A stretch of DNA of 64,000 nt from the human T2T-CHM13v2.0 reference genome, Homo sapiens, in NCBI RefSeq assembly GCF_009914755.1, contig NC_060926.1, one strand, 5' to 3'. The number at the start of each line of letters is the position of its first letter. Within the stretch, counting starts at the first letter, position 1. Positions 27,861 through 45,427 of this stretch are shown piece after piece. The translations under genes were made by a program, and so were the position numbers. The notes under the pieces were generated by a model that made no database searches, was not told the DNA's origin, and saw nothing but the letters and a program-made list of their open reading frames with translations.

Positions 27861-29929
27861 CCTTTTAGCCATTTTAAGTGTACAATTTAGTGGTGTTAAT
27901 TACATTCACAATATTGTGCCACCATCACCCCTGTCTGTTTCCAATTTTTTTTTCATTATTCCAAACAGAACCTCTGTGTCATTAAACAATGAACTGTAAT
28001 TTTCCCCTTCCTCCAGAGTCTAGAAACCCTTAATATACTTTCCCTTTCTGTGAATTTACCTATTTTAGATTCTCATGTAAGTGAAATCATACAATATTTA
28101 TCCCTTTGTGTCTGGTTTATTTCACTTAGCATAATGTCTTCAAGATTCATTCATGTGGCGTGTGTCAGAATTTTCTTCCTTTTAAGGCTGAATATTCTAT
28201 TGTATACATATATACATTTTGTTTATTTATCCTTTGTTGGACACTTGGGTTGTGTCTTCCTTTTAGCTGTTGTGAATAATGCTGGTGTGAACATGGGTGT
28301 ACAAATGTCTGTTCAAGCCTCTGCTTTGAATTCTTTCGGGTATATACGCAAAAGTGGAATTGCTGGAATATGTGGTAATTCTATTTTTAATTTTTTGAGG
28401 GACCGTCATATTTTCCATAGCAGCTGTACCATTTTACATTCCCCCCGCCCCAGCAATGCACAGGTGTTCCTGTTTCTCCACGTCCTTGCTGACACTTGTT
28501 TTTTTCCTTTTAATAATAGTCATCCTAATGGGTAGGAAGTGGTATCTCATTGTGATTTTGACTTTCATCTTCCTAATGATTAGTAATGGTGAGCATCTTT
28601 TCATGTGCCTGTTGGCCATGTGTATATTTTCTTTGGAGAAAGGTTTATTTAAGTCCTGTGTCCATTTTAAAAGTCAGATTGTTTGTTTTTATGTTGTTGA
28701 ATTGTAGGAATTCTGTATGTGTTCAGGATATTAAGTCCTTATCAGATATATGATTTGGAAATATTTTCTCCCATTCTGTTGGTTGCTGTTTCACTCTGCT
28801 GAGAGTATATTTTGAAGTAGTTCAATTTATCTATTTGTTTAGTTTGTTGGCTGTGCTTTTGGTATCATATCCAATAAATTATTGCTAAATTCAGTGTCAT
28901 GATGATTTCTCCCTTTTTTTTTCCTAAGAGTTTTGTAATTTTAGGTCTTATATTTAGGTCTTTGATCCATTTTGAGTTAATTTTTGTATGTGGTGTAAAG
29001 TAAGAGAACTTCATTCTTTTGCATGTGGATATCCAGGTTTTCCAGCACCATTTGTTGAAAAAGACTGTCTTTTACCAATTGAATGGTCTTGGCATCCTTG
29101 TCAAAAATCATTTGACAAGGTGCTCTAAGGTTTATTTCTAGGCTGTCTATCGCATTGGTCTTTATGTATGTCTTTATGCCAGTACTATACTTTTTCCATT
29201 ATTTATAGCATTTAAAAAATAAATTTTATTGTGTATATTTAAGGCATATTTGTAGCTTTTGAAATCAGAATGTGCAAGTCCTCCAACTTTGTCATTTTTT
29301 TTCAAGATTGTTTTTGCTCTTCTGGGACCTTTGGAATTTCATATAAATTTTAGGATGGACTTTTCTATTTCTGCAAAAAATGCTATTGGGTCTTTGAATT
29401 GAATCTGTGTATTGCTTTGGGTGGTATTATCTTAGCAGTATTAAGTCTTCCAACTCATGAACATTGGATGTCTTTCCATTTATTTATGTTTTCCTTAATT
29501 TCTTTCAGCAAAATTTTGTAGTTTTCAGTGTACAAGTCTTGCACCTCCTTTGCTAAATTGATTCCTCAGTATTTTATTTTTTAAACCAAATTTTAATTAT
29601 GGTAAAATACATATAACATTAACCATCTTAGCCATTTTTTAAGTGTGCAGTTCAATTTAGGTATTCACGTTGTTGTACAACCAGTCTCCAGAACTCCTTT
29701 CATCTGTCAAAACAAACTCTGTATCTATGAAACAACCACTCTCCATTTTTCCTCCCCCAGCCTGTGGCACACACCCTTCTACTTCCTGTCTCTAGGAATT
29801 TGAATCCTCTAATTACCTCATATAAGTGGCACCATAAAATATTTGTCTTTGTGTGACTGGCTTATTTCACTTAACATAATGTCCTCAAGGTTCATCTATG
29901 TTGTAGCATGTGTCAGAATTTTATTCCTT

Positions 29930-30236
29930 TTTTTTTCTTTTTTTTTTTTTTGAGATGGAGTCTCGCTCTGTCGCCCAGGCTGGAGTGCAGTGGCGCGATT
30001 TCGGCTCACTGCAAGCTCCGCCTCCTGGATTCACGCTATTCTTCTGCCTCAGCCTCCCAAGTAGCTAGGACTACAGGTACCCGCCACCACGCCTGGCTAA
30101 TTTTTTTTTTGTATTTTAAGTAGAGACAGGGTTTCACCATGTTAGCCAGGATGATCTTGATCTCCTGACCTCGTGATCCACCTGCCTTGGCCTTCCAAAG
30201 TGCTGGGATTATAGGTGTGAGCCACCGCACCCGGCC
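29930..30236 (-). mobile_element. Alu (AluY/Sc-like) with TSD
   Basis: GAATTTTATTCCTTTTT on both flanks. Confidence 0.93.
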
Positions 30237-30413
30237 GAATTTTATTCCTTTTTAAAGCTGAATAATATTCTATTGTGTGGGTATATATATATATGATATA
30301 TATATGATATATATATGAGATAAACAATATATGTATCACTGGTAGATGACACTTGGGTTGCCTGCACTTTTTAGCTATTCCGAATAATCCTGCTCTGAAC
30401 ATGAGTGTACAAA

Positions 30414-30782
30414 TGTATTAGTTCACTAGGAGCAGCATAACAAAATGCCACAGTCTGGGTGGCTTAAACAACAGCAATTAATTTTCTCACAGTTCTAGAG
30501 GCTAGAAGTCTGAGATCAAGGTGTTGTCGGGGTCAGTTTTTCCTGAGGCCTGTCTCCTTGGCTTGCAGATGGTCATGTTCTCACTATGTGGACACATCTC
30601 TGGTGTCTCCTCTTCTAAGATCACCAGTCATATTGGATTAAGTCCCATCCATGTGACCTCATTTAACCGTAATTACCTTTTTAAATGTATTGTCTCCAAA
30701 TATAGAGACATATTCTGAGGTGTACTGAGGGTTAGGACTTCAACATGTAAATTTTGAGGAGGACACAATTTAGTGTATAACA
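30414..30782 (-). mobile_element. MLT1A/B/C-type MaLR LTR
   Basis: TGTATTAG...CTGGGTGGCTTAAACAAC...GGTTAGGACTTCAACAT...ATAACA; flanks ACAAA/GCAAA. Confidence 0.8.
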
Positions 30783-31171
30783 GCAAATATCTGTTTGAGA
30801 TTCTGCTTTAATTCTTTTGTGTACGTACCTAGAAGTAGAATTTCTGGTTCATATGGTAATTTAATTTTTAATTTTTTGAGGAACCACTGTACTGTTATCC
30901 AGAGCAGCTATACCATTTTACATTCCCACCAACAGTGTACAGGGGTTTCAATTTCTACACATCCTGAGCAACACTTATTGTTTTCTGTTTTTTTAATAAT
31001 AGTCTTCCTAATGGTTGCATTTTATTCTTTTTGATAATGTTATAAATGAAATTATTTTCTTCTTTCTTGTATTGTTTCCTCCTAATCTGTAGAAATGCAG
31101 CTGATTTTTGTGTGTGTTGATCTTGTATCCTGTAACTTTGCATAATTTGTTTATTAGCTCTGACAGGTTGA

Positions 31172-31339
<168 letters not shown>

Positions 31340-31346
31340 TAGAAGA

Positions 31347-31725
31347 TGATATGGTTAGGCTTTGTGTCTCCACCCAAGTTTCATTTTGAATTGTAATCCC
31401 CACAGTCCCCATGTTTCAAGGGAGAAACCAAGTGAAGGTCAGTGAATCATGGGGACAGTTTCCCCCATGCTGTTCTGGAGATAGTGGGTGAGTTCTGATA
31501 AGATCTGATGGTTTTATCAGGGGCTCTTCCCCGTTCACTAGGCACTCCTCCTTCCTGCCACCTTGTGAAGAAGGTGCCTTTTTTCCCCTTCACCTTCTGC
31601 CATGATTGTAAGTTTCCTGACACTTCCCCAGCCATGCTGAACTGTGAGTCCATTAAACCTCTTTCTTCTATAGATTACTCAGTCTCAGGCAGTTCTTTGT
31701 AGCAGTATGAAAACAGACTAATACA
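31347..31725 (+). mobile_element. THE1/MST-type MaLR solo LTR
   Basis: TGATATGGTTAGGC...GACTAATACA with perfect 5-bp TSD GAAGA (31342-31346, 31726-31730). Confidence 0.92.
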
Positions 31726-32305
31726 GAAGATCATTTCATCTGCAAACAGAGATAGTTTTACTTCTTCCTTTCCAACTTGAATGCCTGTAATTTTCTTTTT
31801 CCTCCCTAATTGCTCTGGCTAGAAATCCAGTACTTTTTGAATAGAAGTGACAAAAGCAGGCACCCCTGATTTGTTCCTGATCTTACAGGAAATCAAGCCT
31901 ATTTTTTTCTATAAAGTAAAAATTTCCATCTGTGGAGAAAGTCATATTTGGGATACACTTCTCATTAGCTTGGTTTGAATGAGGAAACATAAGAGCTTAT
32001 TAAGCACAAGAGGGAAAAGTATGGGATGGAAAGAGCCCTTCGAAGCTGATTGGTAGGTATGGGAGAACCTCACTAGGCTTGACAAAATGTTGTTTTGTCA
32101 AGGGGTCAGGGACATCCGAGACTCACCCCACCACTAGGAGGCAGTCCCTAGCTGTTTCAGGGCTAGTTTCTGAAAGTATGAGCAGCATTCTATGAGTACT
32201 AGCAACTATAATGGATGTTCATAGGATATGACAGATATTTTTGTAAATTAGGAATAAACATGAAGTAGAAAATAATAATTTCCTGTGTGCTTGTCTTCAT
32301 CGATA

Positions 32306-32425
32306 TAGGGTCCATGTGATTTACCATCCATACTTTAAGAGTGAAAGGGGGTACTATTAATGATCCTTCCTGAAAAGCAGGTATAAACTGACTGTCCCAG
32401 GCAAACTGGGACACAGGATATCCTA
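32306..32425. mobile_element. MER94-like hAT-Blackjack MITE
   Basis: TAGGGT...GAGTGAAAGGGGG...TGTCCCAGGCAAACTGGGACA...CCTA. Confidence 0.55.
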
Positions 32426-34721
32426 TTTGTAGAGTTCTTCACATTCTTAGATGGCAACTGTAGTTAGCATTTAATCTTGGGAATGTTTAGTCATGATGGC
32501 ACGTTAATTTCTGTTAATAATTAACTGCTAAAACAGTTAATTATTCTGTTAATAATTAACTGCTAGAGGTGGATTCATAAGGTTGAGACATTTAATATAA
32601 ATAGCTTCAGTTCACACATGAACATAGAAAATAAAGGATAATTTGTGAAGAATGTAGGGATTTATGTTGCAGTTGCTTCTGCTATTGCATACAACTAAAT
32701 TTATGCTCAAAGCTATACTGCCCTTTAGGCAATTTCTTTGCCTATTAGATTGAGTCAGAGTAATCCTGTGGTAATGCAACTTTCAGTGATGATTGATGAT
32801 GAATTTATAGCTCATTTTTGCTTACTGTTATTTTCTGAGTTTATAATAGTATCTATGAGCCATTTGACTCACCTATATATAACTGGATTTGTTTTCTGTA
32901 GGTAGTATGTCTTCCTTTTAGAATAGCCTCCCTCATGGATGTATGTGTTATTTATATACAGGGCTATAATCTTTGATATCAACCTAAAAGTTTAGGAATT
33001 TCTGTCATAACATATTGGTAAACAATCATGATTCTGTGGTCCATAACCTTTCTTAAATCTTAAAAGATGATTGGTTTATCATGTTTTTAGTTTCTGCAAC
33101 CCCCCTGGCAAGACTAAAGCTTTTCATTGTTTTAACATTTGAATGGAAAGTCATATTTGCCTTCTTTGGCTGCTTTGCCAGCCCTTCTTTTGGTTCCCTA
33201 GCCTGTGGGTGTTTCCCAAGGCCCTGTTTTCTACCTCTTTCCTTCGCCATGTTCATTTTCTTCCTGAGCTCATTCATTCTGGTGAAAGATTCAGCTATTA
33301 CTTCTATGTTGACTTTTAAAGCAGTCTGTTCAGACTGATTATCTCAATTTCATCAAATCTAAAGCTTAATTCATTTTTGTGTGTCAGACTCCTTTCCCCA
33401 ACTACCCAAGGTCATTTGTATCTGTCTTTCTCTCCATAAGTGTGTCTGTCATATATATTACTCTCAATAATATAATTTAAATTTAAATTTTAAAAATATA
33501 ATGTAAAGAGGTTTAGTTGACTCCCAGTAAGTAATTCACCTTTATTACTTTCCCTAGAAGTTTATAGGGGCTTCATTTTGTCCATTGCTTTAAGTTCAGG
33601 CTCCTGTGCTTTCAAGGTTTCATTATCTAGTTCGGTCATCTCTCTCTCACTGGTCCCTCCCAGGATCTAACGTCACCCTGCCCCTAACCCCTTGGTATTA
33701 GGCTGGTCTCCTCTTTGCCATGGTGAACACACCTTGCTGATGCTGTCCATTTAATTATAGAATGCACAGCTGAAGGAATTATGAACATTTATTTCACAAA
33801 TGTTTAGAAAGTGACTGACGTGTAATTCTTTGTTTTTCCTATTGCCTGTTTTCTTTAGCACCCTGTAAGTTCCGTGAAGGCAGGCAGACCTATGTTATAC
33901 CTCTTTGTGTTTGCTCCAGTGTAATCAAATGCTAGGTACATAGAAATGGCTTGCTGATAAGTTGTTTTATTTTAAACATACAGTATCTTCCAATACCTAC
34001 CTTAACCATACCATTTTTGTGGGTCAATTTAATTTAATCAGGTTTTTGGTCAGTCATAAGTTGTCCTAATTCAAATCCTCACCTTTAGGAAACCAAAGGT
34101 TCCGTATAGAACAGTGATTCTCAATCTTAATGGGATGAACAACCCCCTTTTTAAAATTAAATACTTTGTAACAATCACTTTATTATCCTGAAAAAAATGT
34201 ATGGACAATACAACCTATTTATATATCTAATATAAAAATAAAATAGAATGCCTGAAATCACACTAAGAAGCAATAAAGGAAACTGTTTTATAATAAAATA
34301 TTAGATATTTCTATATGTAAATGCTTAGGCATGACCACACTGGAAGTCCCAATGAAGTAGTCAGATGTTTGTACACAGAATCACCATGAAATAGACAACT
34401 ATGTATACAAACTGATTGAGGTAAGTTGTATTGATGTTTAAAATATAATGAGTATAATGAGTAGTGTTTCTTTCAGTAGTGTGATTTTCTGAAATGGTGA
34501 ATAACTACAAAGTTCCAAACTTTTCATTCCTGAAAAATTCAGCACATATCAATGCTGTACAAGAATATATTGTGTTTATATGTAACATGGAGAGTCTAAG
34601 CTCACATAATTATAAACACGTTTTTCCCTTATATGACCATCCATCAGGAGTTGAAAGTGATGAGACTATTCTTTGTTCTGTGTAGTTACCACTTCCTGCC
34701 CACTTGCTTACTGCTCATTAA

Positions 34722-35570
<849 letters not shown>

Positions 35571-36082
35571 TAAGACAAAAAAATTTTATTTTCCATAGAA
35601 AATAAATCCTTTTCTTAGGGGATGCTGCCCCATTGAGAATAATTTTAAAAACGATTTTGATTTTCAGATGAAATCAGGACTTCCCAGATTGTGTTTTGTG
35701 ATGAACTAGTTTTTGACATGTTAACAGAATACCCATGGGGGGCAGGGAATAGTCTAAGGTTGAATTAAAATAGTTTTCTTTTTCTCCTAATTGCATGATT
35801 TTTCATGGCCTTTAATGTGTCAATGAATATTTTTCAATTTACTAGAGGAAGATGCATTATTTCCCCAAACAATTTCATTGTGGATTCCTTTGGAAATTGC
35901 TGAACTCACTTGTTTAAAATATAACCCCTGTAGGCATATTAGATTCTGTGGGTTGCACTTTGAAGATAAAGACAAGAATGTCTGTAATGTGTTCCATTTA
36001 CAGTAGGATCTAGGCAGCCTTTGGTCACCTAGAGAACTTTGAGTTGCATATGTCTTGCTATTATTTGTAAGCATGTCTGTTC

Positions 36083-36510
36083 TACCAGAAGGTTATGGAA
36101 TAATTCAACCCTGAGCTGTGAAATTTAATAAACCTAGGAAAAGTTATGAAAAAAATTATGGAAAACTAATATGCAAAACTATATTGTATATCAACCTAAA
36201 AGTGGCAGGAAGATGGAGTGGCCAAAATAAGTAAACCCTAGGTTTCCTATGTTGATAATACTGGTAAAATTTTTCTTCTGTTAATAGTTCAAATAATTTT
36301 CATAACGGGATTATATGCAAATTAGAGGAGACAGCGCATTCAATGAAAAATATATGAATGCATCTCTAAAAATGTACTAAAATGGACATATAAATAAATT
36401 AGATTCTTTGGAGAAATCTGAAGGAAAATTGATGATCAGATAGAAATATCAGTGAAACACACAAAAGAACACAAAGAAAACAAATCAATGAAATAGGTGG
36501 AAACCATTAC
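36083..36510 (+). pseudogene. BAIAP2L1 (IRTKS)-like processed pseudogene, 5' part (IMD/I-BAR N-terminal half)
   Basis: Broken translation [52 protein letters not shown], VETIT versus recalled BAIAP2L1 [56 protein letters not shown], VETVT. Confidence 0.85.
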
Positions 36511-39384
36511 ATTTTAAAAATTTTAGTTTCAGGGGGTACATGTGCAGGTTTATTTTGTGGATATATTGAGTGATGCTGAGGTTTGGGCTTCTAATGATCC
36601 CATTGCCCAAGTATTGAGCATACTACCTGATAGGCAGTTTTTCAGCCCTTGTTCCTTTCCCTCCCTCCCTCCCCACTTTTGGAGTCCACAATGTCTGTTG
36701 TTCCTATCTTTGTGTCCATGTGTACCCAGTGTTTAGCTCCCACTTACAAGTAAGAACCTGCCTTACTTGGCTTTTTTTCTGTGTTAGTCCTCTTAACATA
36801 ATGGCCTCCAGCTGCATCCATGTTGCTGCAAAGGACATGATTTCATTCTTGTTGATGACTGCATAGCATTCCATGGTGTATATGTACCACATTTTCTTTA
36901 TCCAATCCACCATTGATAGGCACTTGGGTTGATTCCATGTCTTTGCTATTTTGAATAGTGTTGTGATAAACATGTGAGTGCAGGTATCTTTTTGGTAGAA
37001 TGATCTATTTTCCTTTGGGTATATACCCAGTAATGGAATTGTTGGGTTGAATGGTAATTCTATTTTTAGTTCTTTGAGAAATCTCCAAACTGTTTTCCAC
37101 AGGGGCTGAACTATTAATAATTTGCATTCCTGCCACAGGAATTTCTTCTCAACCTCACCAATATCTGGTATTTTTCATTTATTTATTTATTTTGAGACGG
37201 AGTCTCACTCTGTCGCCCAGACTGGAGTGCGGTGGCGTGATATCAGTTCACTGCAACCTCTGCCTCCTGGGTTCAAGTGATTCTTTTGCCTCAGCCTCCT
37301 GAATAGCTGGGACTACAGGCATCTGCCACCATACCTGGCTAATTTCTGTATTTTTAGTAGAGACGGGGTTTCACCATATTGGCCAGGCTTGTCTCGAACT
37401 CCTGACCTCATGATCCACCCACCTCGGCCTCCCAAAGTGCTAGGATTACAGGCGTGAGCCACCGTACCTGGCCTATCTGTTACTTTAAAATTTTTTTCAT
37501 AATAGCCATTCTGACTGGTGGTATCTCATTGTGGTTATGATTTGCATCTCTCTGATGATTAGTGATGTTGAACATTTTTTATATGTTTGTTGGCTGCTGT
37601 ATGTCTTCTTTTGAGAAGTGTCTATATCCTTTGCCCATTTTTTAATGGGATTTTTGTTTTTCTCTTATTGATTTAAGTTCCTTATAGACTCTGGATATTA
37701 GTCTGTTGTTGGATCCATAGTTTGCAAATATTTTCTCCCATTCTGTAGGTTGTCTGTTTACTCTGTTCATAGTTTCTTTTGCTGTGCAGAAGCGCTTTAG
37801 TTTAATTAAGTCCTGTTTGTTTATTTTTTATTTTGTGGCATTTGCTTTGGGGATCTTCATCATACATTTTTTGCCTAGGCCACTGTTTAGAAGAGTATTT
37901 CTTGGTTGTCTTCTAGGATTTTTTATAGTTTCAGGTCTTACATTTAAGTCTTTAATTCATCTTGAGTTAATGTTTATACATGGTAAGAAGCAGGAGTCCA
38001 ATATTTCTTTCTTCTGCGTGTGGTTAGCCAGTTTTCCTAGCACTATTTCTTGAAGAAGGTATTTTTTCCTCATTGTTTATTTTTGTCAACTTTGTTGAAG
38101 ATCAGTTGGTTTAGGTGTGTGACTTTCTTTCAGGGGTCTCTATTCTGTTTCATTGGTCTATGTGTATATTTTTATACCAGTACTATGCTGTTTAGGTTAC
38201 TGTAGCCTTGTAGTATTGTTTGAAGTCAGGTAATGTGATACCTTTGGCTTTATTCTTTTTGCTTAAGATTACCTTGGCTATTTGGTCTAATTTTTTGGTT
38301 CCATATGAATTTTAAGTAGTTTTTCTAATTCTAGGAAAAATGTTACTGGTAATTAGATAGGAAAGCATTGAATCTGTATATTAATTTGAGCAGTACGGAC
38401 ATTTGAATCATATTGATTTTTCCAACTCATGAGCATGGAATGCTTTTCTATTTGTTAATGTTGTCTCTGATTTCTTTCATCAGTGCTTTGTAGTCTTCCT
38501 TACAGAGTTGCTTCACCTCCTTGGCTAGATGTATTCCAAGGTACTTTTTTTCCTGTGGCTATTATAAATGGGATTGTGTTCTTGATTTGGTTCTCAGCTT
38601 GAATGTTATTGGAGGAGTTCTTCCTCCTTGAATTTTTGTAATAGTTTCAGTAGGGTCAGTACCAGCTCTTCTTTGTATGTCTAGTAGAATTCAGCTGTGA
38701 ATCCATCTGGTCCAGGGCTTTGTTTGATTGGTATGTTTTTAGAAAAATTACTGATCCAGTTCCATGACTTGTTATTGGTCTGTTCAGAATTTTTGTTTCT
38801 TCCTGATTCAATCTTGGAAGGTTGTGTGTTTCCAGGAATGTATCAGTTTCCTCTAGATTTGCTAGTTTGTGTGCATAGAGATGTTAATAGTACTCTCTGA
38901 GGGTCTTCTGTATTTCTATGAGCTTGGTAGTAATAACTCCTTTGTCATTCTAACTGTAATTATTTGGATACGCCCTCTTTTTTTCTTTGTTAATCTGGCT
39001 AGTGATCTGTCTAGTTTATTGTTTCAAATAACCAATTTTTCATTTCATTGATCGTTTGCATGTTTTTTTTGGGTCTCCATTTAGTTCTGCTCTGATTTTA
39101 GTTATTTCTTTTCTTCTGCTAACTCTGGGTTTAGTTTGTCTTTGTTTTTTTTAGTTCCTTTAGGTGTGAGGTTAGGTTGTTAATTTGAGATCTTTCTATC
39201 TTTTTGACATAAGCATTCAGTGCTATAAACTTTTCTCTTAACACTGCTTTTGCCACATCACAGAGGTTTTGGTACATTGTGTCTCTATTTTCATTTGTTT
39301 CAAAGCATTTTTTCATATCTGCCATAATTTTGTTGTTATCCACATGTCATTCAGGAGGCAGTTTTTTAGTTTCCATGTATTTGT
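36511..39384 (-). mobile_element. 5'-truncated L1 (L1PA15/16-like) with 13-bp TSD, internal deletion and Alu insert
   Basis: TGGAAACCATTAC at 36498-36510 and 39385-39397; ORFs 36704..36973 and 39131..39343 are ORF2-like. Confidence 0.92.
37176..37472 (-). mobile_element. Alu (AluS-like) inside the L1
   Basis: (TTTA)n tail plus Alu body; flanks TATCTGGTATTTT / TATCTGTTACTTT. Confidence 0.92.
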
Positions 39385-40401
39385 TGGAAACCATTACTTG
39401 TTGCTCAAGTGAAGTCCAGAAATTTATTACAGAAGTTTTCAAAGAAGTTCCACTTGAAGAACAAGGGAGTCTGTTTTTTGGCTGACAAACATTGTAGTTT
39501 TATGAATTACATACATTATCATCACTCACGGTGTGCAGAATTACTTAATTTCACATTGCCTTGGTGGCAAACAATCTGTGATGATAATATCAAAGAACCA
39601 GAAAAAATAATGAATGAATATGATAGGCAAAAATAAAGACTTTAGTCTCTCTCTCAATATCTAGAACGCATCAACCTTCATCAGTAATAGAAACAACATA
39701 ATTAGATCAAAAGCATACTACACACTTATGTCCACCCTACCTCTCCATTGAAAGTACCCAGCTCCTTTAGCCAGAACATATACCAGATCTTTGACTGATA
39801 AGTTTAACAGCATGTTAACAGTTCCAGAGGGTTGAGAAAGGATAAATAATCCACAAATACTTCAAATTATCCTTGTTAACAGTGACTGGTTTCTGTTGTA
39901 ACTGGACTGAACATGATGAAAAAACATAAAATCGATTTTTTCACATACTGCTGATAAGACCTTAACTTTGTACAAGGTGACATCATCATCACACTGTCTC
40001 TGAAGGAAAAGGTGGCTGATTTTATGGGAATTTAGGCATGGGGTTGGTTATCATTCTCATATACAGATTTGCTAGAAGAAAATGAGAAGGAAATAGTGAC
40101 TATGGCAGCTCCATGTCCTGAATCCATCCATAGGATTAGCATTATTAGCATGGTGAGTTTATCTGAGAAATGTAGGGTCATTCCATTCACCAAATTCTCC
40201 AAAACATTATTTGGAATGTTTGTCAATAAGAGCAGCTGCTTCTAAAAGTGATTGTACTTTTGAGGCACATGTGTCCAAGCTAGAAATCATATCTCCTAAA
40301 AATTTAAAGGTAGCAAAACTGCCTAAGTGGAGAAAACCTCTTGGCTACTGTGAAACTCTGATCATCAGTGGTAAATGATCCACAGTACCAATAATATGTG
40401 A
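39385..40401 (+). pseudogene. BAIAP2L1 (IRTKS)-like processed pseudogene, 3' part (IMD end, SH3, C-terminal WH2-like motif)
   Basis: SEVQKFITEVFKEVPLEE and CFLADKHCSFMNYIHYHHSRCAELLNFTLPWWQTICDDNIKEPEKIMN (ORFs 39279 and 39409); VSVVTGLNMMKK; FVQGDII; GWLSFSYTDLLEENEKE; LSGENLLATVKL*SSVVND..PII then TGA. Colinear and intronless. Confidence 0.9.
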
Positions 40402-40731
40402 AAAACATTATTGAAATTCACCAAGATCAAATGCAGGTAAAGGAATGTGAGTGTGGACACTTCAGGTTGTTGGTCCCAGGATCCTTCCTGTTGAGTTAAG
40501 TAAAATCATAGCTTGTCTCTCCCAGGATAGCAAAATAGATAATTCTACCAAATGTTAATGACAGGACCATGTTATTTCTACTCCAGGACTCACAAAGGGG
40601 AACATAAAGTTTAAGTTATCCTAAATGCAGTTGTTTTGAGGGGAGATGCTCCAGCCAGGAAAGAAATTGTAAGTGTGTTTAATTAAATGGCTCATTACTT
40701 CTCTCACCATTTAAGAGTTGAGACATCTTTG

Positions 40732-45427
<4,696 letters not shown>

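Noticed and set aside
34110-34630. Possible hAT-Charlie fragment
   Set aside because: Only the CAGTGATTCTCAA terminus looks familiar; family and ends could not be supported.
39409-39636. 75-aa ORF as a functional microprotein
   Set aside because: Residual frame of the BAIAP2L1-like pseudogene; non-ATG start, frameshifted at both ends.
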